In this document: positions 6,602 to 13,532 of the stretch, piece by piece | Layout of the letters: every line of letters begins with the position of its first letter | Numbering within the stretch: position 1 is the first letter of the stretch | IMG/VR virus record: IMGVR_UViG_3300006794_000002 | DNA length: 14,550 nucleotides | From: a virus | Lineage: Duplodnaviria; Heunggongvirae; Uroviricota; Caudoviricetes | Direction: 5' to 3' (one strand) | Notes under the pieces: generated by a model | What the model saw: the letters and a program-made list of their open reading frames with translations, nothing else | Database searches by the model: none | Told to the model about the DNA's origin: nothing | Program-made: the position numbers and the translations under genes

Positions 6602-6678
6602 GAGAGGCGGGCCGTTGTTCGCATCAATTCACTTTATGTTGTTCTTGGTTGACAGGGACAGCGGCCCTAACCTCTTCT
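6602..6678 (+). ncRNA. structured RNA leader (long interrupted hairpin) at the predicted P4 transcription start
   Basis: Three nested stems: 6602-6607/6671-6676, 6609-6620/6656-6667 (12 bp) and 6624-6629/6647-6652. They contain five G-U pairs that work only on the plus strand. Confidence 0.55.
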
Positions 6679-6703
6679 CAACACATTAAGAAAGGAAACT
6701 TCA

Positions 6704-6883
6704 GTGCAGGAATCTGATAAACTAAAGGCAATCGCCGTGTTCATGGGTATGCTGATGGTCATGACTTCCGTCAAGGGCGTAAGCATGATGACCAACGAGC
6801 AGAAGGACAAGGCTGCTGTTGAGGCACTCGATACCTTTGAGGCATTCATCGGCGCTATGGGATTCAAGATCGTCGCCAAGTAG
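6704..6883 (+). CDS. 59 aa Met-rich small protein with hydrophobic N-terminal segment
   Basis: Not in the ORF track. Strong AAAGGA then GTG 6704: MQESDKLKAIAVFMGMLMVMTSVKGVSMMTNEQKDKAAVEALDTFEAFIGAMGFKIVAK. Its TAG overlaps the primase GTG by 1 nt. Confidence 0.75.
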   Translation: MQESDKLKAIAVFMGMLMVMTSVKGVSMMTNEQKDKAAVEALDTFEAFIGAMGFKIVAK

Positions 6884-7761
6884 TGTATGAACTACAGGGT
6901 CAGATCGAAGAACTACTCGGACAGAATAGCCGTGGAAGTGGAGTTAACGGGATGTTCCTGTGTCCCTTCCACGATGAGCGCACGCCCTCGTTTAGCATTC
7001 ACCTTAACGAAGGACTCTGGTACTGTTTCGGATGTAGTCGAAAAGGGAACTTGGAAGGTCTTTACCGACAACTCGGAGAAGAGTTAACCGATGAGCAAAG
7101 ACACGATCTTCTCATCGCCTCTGTCTATCGAGAACCCGAAGAGCGAAAGAACTTCGCAGCACTCGCCAATTCTCATCGACGTGCATTTAAGGAGCCAGCA
7201 GGACAAAACCTCTGGCAGTCTTTCATTCGAAGCCGACCTATCCGACGAGACGCAGATGTTCATTTCGGAGTGGGTTACTCAGATGAAAAGGGCGCACTCA
7301 CCTTCCCTTACTGGAACGATGATGGTACAGTTACCGCTATCAAATACCGTTTTAGAGATGGAAGCAAGACTAGTGAGAGTGGCTCAAAGAGAAGCATCTA
7401 CAACGTCACTGATATTGTTGGAAGACCAGTAATCCTGCTATGTGAGGGTGAAAGTGATACGATGGCTGCGTGGTCGAAACTTACGGGGCCAGAAGTGGCG
7501 GTCTGTGGTTCTCCCGGTGCCGGGGTGTCCGAACGGACATGGGCTAATTGGGGTCTTGACTTCCTTTTCGCCCGACGTATCTACGTTGCGTTTGACGCTG
7601 ATGAGGCGGGAGATGCTGGTAGCACAACTGCCATGCAAGTGTTGGGTGCTGACAAATGTATCCGAATCCGACCGACTCGCGGTGGAGACTTATCCGAACA
7701 CATAACGGAAGGGGGAACTCTTGCCGAACTTGGAGTGGCAGAAGCGCACGATAACGTTTGA
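6883..7761 (+). CDS. dnaG: DNA primase, DnaG type (CHC2 zinc finger plus TOPRIM)
   Basis: Zinc finger CPFHDERTPSF...WYCFGC, TOPRIM LLCEGESD and YVAFDADEAGD, and GGDLSE. No C-terminal helicase-binding domain. Confidence 0.9.
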   Translation: MYELQGQIEELLGQNSRGSGVNGMFLCPFHDERTPSFSIHLNEGLWYCFGCSRKGNLEGLYRQLGEELTDEQRHDLLIASVYREPEERKNFAALANSHRRAFKEPAGQNLWQSFIRSRPIRRDADVHFGVGYSDEKGALTFPYWNDDGTVTAIKYRFRDGSKTSESGSKRSIYNVTDIVGRPVILLCEGESDTMAAWSKLTGPEVAVCGSPGAGVSERTWANWGLDFLFARRIYVAFDADEAGDAGSTTAMQVLGADKCIRIRPTRGGDLSEHITEGGTLAELGVAEAHDNV

Positions 7762-8077
7762 ACAACTACGATTTCTAGCACCGCTTCATGACTATCAAAC
7801 TTCCATGGTGACATGGTTAAAAGTAATCGGGGCAATCCCCAAAGACGTGGAGTGGAAACGTGGAAATAGGCATCCTAATACGAACCTCAAACCTGATGCC
7901 ATACCAGCGGGATATCTCGCTGAGGTCGCACATGATTGGGATACAGAGGGCAGAACTACACCGAGAGAGTTTGTGGACGCGCTGGCTTTCGAAATCGCGG
8001 GCACGCGGGAACGCAATTCGGTAATCGCTCTGTACGACGAGATGATGTTCGACAACATGGCTTGGGCCAACTCGTAG
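7721..8077 (+). CDS. hypothetical protein
   Basis: 118 aa, TTG start with a G-rich Shine-Dalgarno; overlaps the end of the primase gene. Confidence 0.6.
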   Translation: MPNLEWQKRTITFEQLRFLAPLHDYQTSMVTWLKVIGAIPKDVEWKRGNRHPNTNLKPDAIPAGYLAEVAHDWDTEGRTTPREFVDALAFEIAGTRERNSVIALYDEMMFDNMAWANS

Positions 8078-8093
8078 GAGAAATGGTCCGAAG

Positions 8094-8450
8094 ATGATGA
8101 CAGTGGTCCGTGAGAACGGAAACAGACCAACACTAACAACTCCCGCCCGCCTGAACGCCGATGCTGGCGCGAAGGTGCTGGCGGATTTAATGGCTCCCCA
8201 CGACTTCGCTGATTTGTGTGCTATCACACTTGATTGGGAAGGCGACGGGTTTACACCTGTGATGGTTATCGATACGATCAAATGGTTCCCGCACTTTAAC
8301 GGGCGTTCGCTATCGACACATCAAGTAATATCGATTGACGACGCTTTTGGCATGGATAACTATGACAATGCACTAGCCCGTCAGATAGTTTATGACCTGA
8401 GGGAAGAGTTTGAGCGTATGTCTCAGACGACCCCACCGGGTTGGAGTTAA
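8094..8450 (+). CDS. hypothetical protein
   Basis: 118 aa with AGGAG upstream; in the operon direction. Confidence 0.7.
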   Translation: MMTVVRENGNRPTLTTPARLNADAGAKVLADLMAPHDFADLCAITLDWEGDGFTPVMVIDTIKWFPHFNGRSLSTHQVISIDDAFGMDNYDNALARQIVYDLREEFERMSQTTPPGWS

Positions 8451-8451
8451 A

Positions 8452-8805
8452 ATGGACGGTATGATTCTTGGTAGAAACACTCAGCAATGGATGGGTGTGA
8501 TTACCGCAACAGTCGGATTCGTCGGCGTGATAATTGGGGTAGCATTTCCCATGGTCGTCGGTCCAGCCACCATCATCCTTAACGGATTGACTGGTGTTCT
8601 TGGAGTGTGGGTTGCGTTCCTTGCGAACACGGCTACGACTCCTATCAAGTCACCGCAACTTCAGGTTGGTACGGTCGTTTCCGCTACTGATCCGAACACT
8701 GGTGTCGTTGTTGGTCACGTTAAGGTTCCTGAGCCTACACCCGCGCCTTTGGCAGAGGATGTGGGTCCGCAGGAAGACGATGTTGACGGCGACGGAGTAG
8801 CGTAA
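8452..8805 (+). CDS. two-transmembrane protein, holin-like
   Basis: 117 aa from ATG 8452 (GGAG 5 nt upstream). Hydrophobic segments WMGVITATVGFVGVIIGVAFPMVV and ATIILNGLTGVLGVWVAFLA, then a Pro/acidic tail. The membrane protein call is solid; the holin call is tentative. Confidence 0.55.
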   Translation: MDGMILGRNTQQWMGVITATVGFVGVIIGVAFPMVVGPATIILNGLTGVLGVWVAFLANTATTPIKSPQLQVGTVVSATDPNTGVVVGHVKVPEPTPAPLAEDVGPQEDDVDGDGVA

Positions 8806-9182
8806 TGCCTAAGCAGCGCATCTACTCCGTTCACCAGCGCTCAGTCGCCCAAGGCATTAGCCTAGAGAGGGAGTTAGGTGTTTTCACAGACGACGCAATG
8901 GCGAATCAGGCTATCGATCATCTATATCGCTATGCTTGGGGCGATATCATTGCTTCTACTGCTAGCGTCGTGTGGTTTGACCCCGGCCTTCGCGCTGACA
9001 TTATGAGAAAAGGCTTCGATGTTTGGGCTGTTGATGATAAAAACAGTGACAACCCAATCTTCTTCAAGAGGCCGCATGATCTTTGGAATCAGGTACCGCC
9101 TAGCGCTGAAGACTTTAAGTTTCGGCAGGAAAGCGTAGACCTAGGCGTTATAGCGCCTGTAGAAGTTAAGAGGCCGTTCTAA
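8805..9182 (+). CDS. hypothetical protein
   Basis: 125 aa, TAATG-coupled at both ends. Confidence 0.75.
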   Translation: MPKQRIYSVHQRSVAQGISLERELGVFTDDAMANQAIDHLYRYAWGDIIASTASVVWFDPGLRADIMRKGFDVWAVDDKNSDNPIFFKRPHDLWNQVPPSAEDFKFRQESVDLGVIAPVEVKRPF

Positions 9183-9409
9183 TGCAAGAACTGTTTAGAG
9201 GTTTCGTTGAACTCAACTATGAGGGCGGCGTACAGAGAGTCGAAATCTACAAAGATGAAGACCACATCTACGCTTACGTGGACGAGAACCTAGCCGATGA
9301 TGTTGAGAACGCTGAAGAATTCAAGGACAGTTATGGCCTGAAGTTGTACAGCACAATCGAAGACTTCAAACGTGGCAACTCGATCAGTGTTGACAAGGTT
9401 TGGGTCTAA
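9182..9409 (+). CDS. hypothetical protein
   Basis: 75 aa, acidic, TAATG-coupled at both ends. Confidence 0.75.
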   Translation: MQELFRGFVELNYEGGVQRVEIYKDEDHIYAYVDENLADDVENAEEFKDSYGLKLYSTIEDFKRGNSISVDKVWV

Positions 9410-9495
9410 TGGGTAATCGTGACGATTGCGACCGCTGCAATAACCGAGGCACCTTCTATGGATGCCGGAAGTGCGGTCGCGTCATGGAGAAGTAA
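9409..9495 (+). CDS. 28 aa CxxC/CxxC zinc-binding microprotein
   Basis: Not in the ORF track. MGNRDDCDRCNNRGTFYGCRKCGRVMEK; TAATG-coupled upstream, and its TAA directly abuts the next ATG. Confidence 0.7.
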   Translation: MGNRDDCDRCNNRGTFYGCRKCGRVMEK

Positions 9496-9768
9496 ATGTT
9501 TGAACCAGCAAAGTGTCCAGACTGTGGCGTTTGGTGGCGCGGATTTGAGCATAGGTGCGCTCCGCTCGTAACCACTACTGGCACTAACCCTACAGTCGGC
9601 GGCTTTTGCCCGACCTGTGGCAAGTGGTATGATGGCGCTCACTTCTGCCCCGGTCCAGACTCTAGGCCGATCAAATGGACGATAAGCAATAACGGTGGTA
9701 GCAGCACCGTAAGTCCATGCCCTGATTGCAGTATGCCGGATGGGTGGCACTCTTGCGGAAGATGCTAG
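9496..9768 (+). CDS. Cys/His-rich protein with three repeated zinc-knuckle-like units
   Basis: 90 aa: CPDCGVWWRGFEHRC, CPTCGKWYDGAHFC and CPDCSMPDGWHSC, joined by Thr/Gly/Ser linkers. GGAG upstream. Confidence 0.75.
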   Translation: MFEPAKCPDCGVWWRGFEHRCAPLVTTTGTNPTVGGFCPTCGKWYDGAHFCPGPDSRPIKWTISNNGGSSTVSPCPDCSMPDGWHSCGRC

Positions 9769-9769
9769 A

Positions 9770-10378
9770 ATGGGAAGTATCGGTCTATCAATGATCGTAA
9801 GAGACGAACCGGCTGACCGCTTGGCAATGCTTGTCGAGTATGTCAAGCCGGTTGTTTCGCAAGTAGTAATCGCAGACACAGGAAGCGCAGTAGATGAAAC
9901 GGAACTATACAAAACTTGGGGTGTTGACGCTTTTAAGTTTGATTGGGTTGATGATTTTGCTGCTGCTAGGAATTCCACTCTCGATCATTTCGATGTGGGG
10001 ATTGACTGGATACTACATCTTGACGCGGACGAACTTCCTTCGTGGACTATGGTCGAACACCTTAGATGGATCAAAGACCACGCTCCCAAGAAGGTCAAGG
10101 GATATCAGTTCTGGACACAGAACTTTTGGGGCGGTATCGTTGGCGGAGAAGCGCCGTATCATTGGCATTGTCGGCTCTTCCGCAGAGGTCACGGTCGTTG
10201 GTACAAGAAAGTCCACGAGCAAGTCGAAATTGACGGCCTCCGAGAAGAGCAAGCGCATTCTAAAGGCTGGCTTGTCCATGCTGCAAAGGAAGCGTACCTA
10301 ATTCATAGCAAGCCACAGGAGACGATGGATCGTGCCAACGAGGTCTACTCGCGGATTGGTGAAGGTCCACGACAGTAA
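9770..10378 (+). CDS. glycosyltransferase family 2 (GT-A fold)
   Basis: Motifs LSMIVRDE, VVIADTGS, WVDDFAAARN, DWILHLDADE and RLFRR...VHEQ. Start trimmed to ATG 9770, 1 nt after the upstream stop. Confidence 0.88.
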   Translation: MGSIGLSMIVRDEPADRLAMLVEYVKPVVSQVVIADTGSAVDETELYKTWGVDAFKFDWVDDFAAARNSTLDHFDVGIDWILHLDADELPSWTMVEHLRWIKDHAPKKVKGYQFWTQNFWGGIVGGEAPYHWHCRLFRRGHGRWYKKVHEQVEIDGLREEQAHSKGWLVHAAKEAYLIHSKPQETMDRANEVYSRIGEGPRQ

Positions 10379-10397
10379 GTGGAGTCAGGAGAGAAAC

Positions 10398-10931
10398 ATG
10401 GACTACATCTACGAGTACTACGCTGAAATGAATAAGCAGTACCCACTGCGAAAGCAACCAGCGCAGACTCCACTCTCCGACTGGTACGCCGGTAAACTCT
10501 TCACGAAGGTTACAGCCTACTGTGCTGAAGAGGTTCGTCGGCAAGGTGATACACCGTGGCACGTCCAGCGAATGCTAGAGGCGTGGGAGTACGCTCTTCG
10601 TAAGTCGTTCTACAAACCTACCAAGAAGGACATCCTTGAAATTGGTAGGCTGATGGACGAACTGAACGAGAACGGCTTTCGTCAGTACCCAATCTCTGTT
10701 GGTGGCGAGACTCGCCCGTTTGAGACAATCGAACGTGCGATCACCAATTGGGAATCGGCTGTTGAAGAGGGTCGGCTTACGCCAGAAGAGGCGTACCTAG
10801 AGTTTGAAAAGATTCATCCTTTCGGGGACGGAAACGGTCGGACTGGCAAGGTGCTGTATAACTGGCTGAGCAAGACCCTTCTCGATCCAATCTGGCCCCC
10901 GGATTTCTTCGGAGGCATAGAGAACCCGTGA
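10398..10931 (+). CDS. Fic domain protein
   Basis: Motif FEKIHPFGDGNGRTGK matches HxFx(D/E)GNGRxxR with the last Arg replaced by Lys. Shine-Dalgarno AGGAG precedes ATG 10398. Confidence 0.88.
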   Translation: MDYIYEYYAEMNKQYPLRKQPAQTPLSDWYAGKLFTKVTAYCAEEVRRQGDTPWHVQRMLEAWEYALRKSFYKPTKKDILEIGRLMDELNENGFRQYPISVGGETRPFETIERAITNWESAVEEGRLTPEEAYLEFEKIHPFGDGNGRTGKVLYNWLSKTLLDPIWPPDFFGGIENP

Positions 10932-11611
10932 ACATAGCCTTGATCTGCCCCTCTCGCGGACGCCCTGACGAAGCCAGAGCAATGATGGGAAGTGCATTCT
11001 CTTCTAGTTCTGGCAACGTCAGGGTTTTCTTTATCGTTGATGTAGACGACCCTGAACTAGACAGGTATCCTGAGGCTGACAAGATTGTACTCGATCCGCC
11101 GCCAGCCAACATGGTTGAAGCAACAAATCGAGGACTACGTGCAATCAACACAGCCTACGGCGAATACGATATCTATGGATTCGTTGGAGACGATGTTCGG
11201 TTTAGAACCTTTGGATGGGATGATGCTGTACGAAAGGCTCTTGGCCCGCATAGAGGAATTGCGTATGCCAACGATGGCCTACAGGGAGAGAATCTCGCAA
11301 CGCATTGGTTTGTCTCCGGAGCAATTGTTAAGCGCGTGGGCCTTACTCCTAGTCCTACCAATCACTTCTATCAGGACAATGCTTGGACGGACGTAGGAAA
11401 AGAGATAGGTATTCTTCACTACATGCCGGACGTAGAGATAGAACATCTTCACTTCTCCGCAAAGAAATCAACCTATGACGAAACATACCGTAAGAGTGAT
11501 GAACGCTTCTGGAAGAGCGGAGTTGACTCTGAACTATGGAATAAATGGCGCTACTCTCCTGCTTGGGATAAGTTTGTAGAGCGCGTCAGGAGCAGTTTAT
11601 GGCGGGAATAA
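10928..11611 (+). CDS. glycosyltransferase (GT-A-like, phage type), paralog 1
   Basis: Motifs LICPSRGRP, IVDVDDP, GFVGDDVRFRTFGWD, FYQDNAW and PDVEIEHLH. GTGA overlap with the Fic gene. Confidence 0.78.
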   Translation: MNIALICPSRGRPDEARAMMGSAFSSSSGNVRVFFIVDVDDPELDRYPEADKIVLDPPPANMVEATNRGLRAINTAYGEYDIYGFVGDDVRFRTFGWDDAVRKALGPHRGIAYANDGLQGENLATHWFVSGAIVKRVGLTPSPTNHFYQDNAWTDVGKEIGILHYMPDVEIEHLHFSAKKSTYDETYRKSDERFWKSGVDSELWNKWRYSPAWDKFVERVRSSLWRE

Positions 11612-12306
11612 CTACTCTTATGCCGACACGCGGCAGACCTGAGCGGGCGCTAGAGGCTATCAATAGCCACAACAGCACCAAGACTCTTGAAGACACGGCC
11701 ATAGTTGCGGTGTTAGATAACAATGATCCGAGGTTTATGGACTACATAAAACTCGACTCGCCTACTACAGAAGTGATTGTTTCCACGGGCGGAATGGTGC
11801 AGCGTAGCAACGATGCCGCTCTGAAACTAGTTAACAGATTTGACGGACCATCTATAATTGGATGGACGGCAGACGACCAACTCTTCAGGACGGACGGGTG
11901 GGACCACCGCATCAAGGGTGCATTTCTGAATCCTTCTGTTGGCTTTGTAATGACCAACGACCTTCACTACGGTGAGGTTAAGGCTGTCAATATCTACACC
12001 CGCGCAGAGATTGTTAAGGCTCTAGGCTGGTTCTTGCTACCAACGTTGGAACACCTTTATGTTGACGATGCATGGGTAAGGCTAGGCAGAGAGTCAGGGT
12101 CGCTAGAATACCTAGAAGATGTAGTAGTAGAGCATATGCATCCCGTGTACGGCAAGGCAGAGGATGACGCTCAGTATGCAGAACTGCATACGTCAGAAAA
12201 GTACAAGAAGGACGGCGCAGCATATGACAATTGGCTGTTCCACTACTTGGACGGAGATGTGGACACGGTAAAGGAATGTCTTCGACGCCTTGGAAAACAG
12301 GACTAA
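11599..12306 (+). CDS. glycosyltransferase (GT-A-like, phage type), paralog 2
   Basis: Motifs LMPTRGRP, VLDNNDP, GWTADDQLFRTDGWD, LYVDDAW and EDVVVEHMH, colinear with paralog 1. Confidence 0.78.
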   Translation: MAGITTLMPTRGRPERALEAINSHNSTKTLEDTAIVAVLDNNDPRFMDYIKLDSPTTEVIVSTGGMVQRSNDAALKLVNRFDGPSIIGWTADDQLFRTDGWDHRIKGAFLNPSVGFVMTNDLHYGEVKAVNIYTRAEIVKALGWFLLPTLEHLYVDDAWVRLGRESGSLEYLEDVVVEHMHPVYGKAEDDAQYAELHTSEKYKKDGAAYDNWLFHYLDGDVDTVKECLRRLGKQD

Positions 12307-12719
12307 CAATCGGGACGTTCGACATCCCTCACATGGGCCATGTGGCGCTACTACAGCGGGCACAGCGGCTTGTTAATCTGTTCCTATACGTAGGGGTTAA
12401 CTCCGACGAATTCGTAGAGCAGTATAAGGGTAAGCGACCCATCTTCACCTTGGCCGAGAGGCGTTCGGCACTAGAAAAAATGGAAAAGATTGCCACGGTC
12501 GTCAATGATGGACCGGGCAGGGACTTGATCTATAGGATCAGACCTAGCGTTCTCATCATCGGTAGTGACTGGCTTGGCCGGGACTACCTAAAGCAAATCG
12601 ATATGACTGTCGATGATTTCGACCGTCTAGGCACAAGTTTAGTGTACTTACCGTACACTGAAGGAATTTCTACCACTGAACTCAAAAGGAGAATCGGTGA
12701 ACAAGAGTCAACAGCATAG
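12276..12719 (+). CDS. cytidylyltransferase-like nucleotidyltransferase (TagD/Gct type, HxGH)
   Basis: Motifs GTFDIPHMGH, VGVNSDEFV..YKGKRP, ERRSAL, IGSDW and YLPYTEGISTTELK. Start trimmed to ATG 12276. Substrate not established. Confidence 0.88.
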   Translation: MSSTPWKTGLTIGTFDIPHMGHVALLQRAQRLVNLFLYVGVNSDEFVEQYKGKRPIFTLAERRSALEKMEKIATVVNDGPGRDLIYRIRPSVLIIGSDWLGRDYLKQIDMTVDDFDRLGTSLVYLPYTEGISTTELKRRIGEQESTA

Positions 12720-13104
12720 GTACGGCATGAAGAACGGCCACTCTCCCGATGCAAAGGGAGTCGTGTGTGTTGACTTCGATGGTACAATAGTTCCATGGGG
12801 ACCACTCATGAACTCCCAAGCCGAGGCGCTTCCGGGCGCTCGTGAGGCCATCAAAGCCATGAAGAAGGCCGGATGGAAAATCCTGATCTATACTTCAAGG
12901 CTCTCTCCGTCGTGGCACGCCGCCTCAGGAGAGAAGTACGAAGTGCAATTACAATACGTAGTTGACACTCTTGTTCGGCTAAAGATTCCCTTCGATGGCG
13001 TGACTGCGGAAAAGGTTCCGGCAGAAGCGTACATCGATGACAGAGCAATCGAATTCACAGGAAACAACTGGAACGAAATAGCAGAAAGGATGCTAGGTAA
13101 GTGA
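12697..13104 (+). CDS. HAD-superfamily phosphatase
   Basis: Motif I VDFDGTI, motif II IYTSR, motif III/IV K.PAEAYIDDRAI. Shine-Dalgarno AAGGAG 5 nt before the GTG. Confidence 0.85.
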   Translation: MNKSQQHRYGMKNGHSPDAKGVVCVDFDGTIVPWGPLMNSQAEALPGAREAIKAMKKAGWKILIYTSRLSPSWHAASGEKYEVQLQYVVDTLVRLKIPFDGVTAEKVPAEAYIDDRAIEFTGNNWNEIAERMLGK

Positions 13105-13283
13105 TCTTATCATCGGTTATCTTGGGCGTAGCCAACATCGCCATGGGGCTGCTCAACTACGGTCTAGCAAGGCTGAATTGGGAAATGGGTAACACGGGCA
13201 TGACTGTGTTTGGTGTCGTTGTAGGCACTGCCGCTCTGCTCCTTGGCCTCTTCGTAACCGGCCATGGATTTGGTCTGTTCTAA
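13101..13283 (+). CDS. small membrane protein (two hydrophobic segments)
   Basis: 60 aa, almost entirely hydrophobic; GTGA overlap with the HAD gene. Confidence 0.7.
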   Translation: MILSSVILGVANIAMGLLNYGLARLNWEMGNTGMTVFGVVVGTAALLLGLFVTGHGFGLF

Positions 13284-13295
13284 GAAAGGAACACA

Positions 13296-13532
13296 ATGAA
13301 AAAGGCTAATCTAGTTAATCTTGCAAAAGAGATGGTTCCGGACTTCACCGGAAACGGGCTGGCATACCCGACCTTTCTGACTGGCCTAGAGTCAGGGTTG
13401 CTTCTTTCAGAGAAGCGACCAGACGTGGCAGCACAGATACTCGACGTGTTCCGTAACGGAGACTACTACGTTAACGGCAACTCAATGATGGAAGACGTAG
13501 ATGATGTTGTCGAGGCGTTAGGCGTTGCGTAA
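13296..13532 (+). CDS. hypothetical protein
   Basis: 78 aa with a strong AAAGGA Shine-Dalgarno. Confidence 0.75.
   Translation: MKKANLVNLAKEMVPDFTGNGLAYPTFLTGLESGLLLSEKRPDVAAQILDVFRNGDYYVNGNSMMEDVDDVVEALGVA

Noticed and set aside
6600-6689. 29 aa ORF (MRGGPLFAS...) spanning the structured leader
   Set aside because: Its ATG lies just upstream of the predicted transcription start and has no Shine-Dalgarno.
6602-6690. Hairpin as an intrinsic terminator
   Set aside because: There is no U-tract after the stem on the plus strand, and on the minus strand the G-U pairs become A-C mismatches.
6667-6879. Minus-strand 70 aa ORF in the track
   Set aside because: It is antisense to the better supported plus-strand ORF 6704-6883, which has a strong Shine-Dalgarno and primase coupling.
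9624-9633. GTGG-TATGAT extended -10 lookalike
   Set aside because: No GTTGGACA upstream; it is explained by the codons for K-W-Y-D.
9406-9978. Minus-strand 190 aa ORF
   Set aside because: It is antisense to three coupled plus-strand genes with clear motifs, and its composition is low-information.
10908-10931. C-terminal FGGIEN as a Fic inhibitory helix
   Set aside because: It does not match (S/T)xxxE(G/N) at the first position, and the Pro-rich context is unlikely to be helical.
12770-12788. TTGACT...TGG-TACAAT promoter lookalike
   Set aside because: The spacing is 7 bp and the sequence is dictated by the HAD motif VDFDGTI.
12276-13104. HldE/GmhB ADP-heptose pathway assignment
   Set aside because: The HAD motif is DFDGTI rather than the GmhB-type DRDG, the transferase has TagD-like GSDW and ISTT motifs, and no isomerase or kinase is present. 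Kept only as an analogy.
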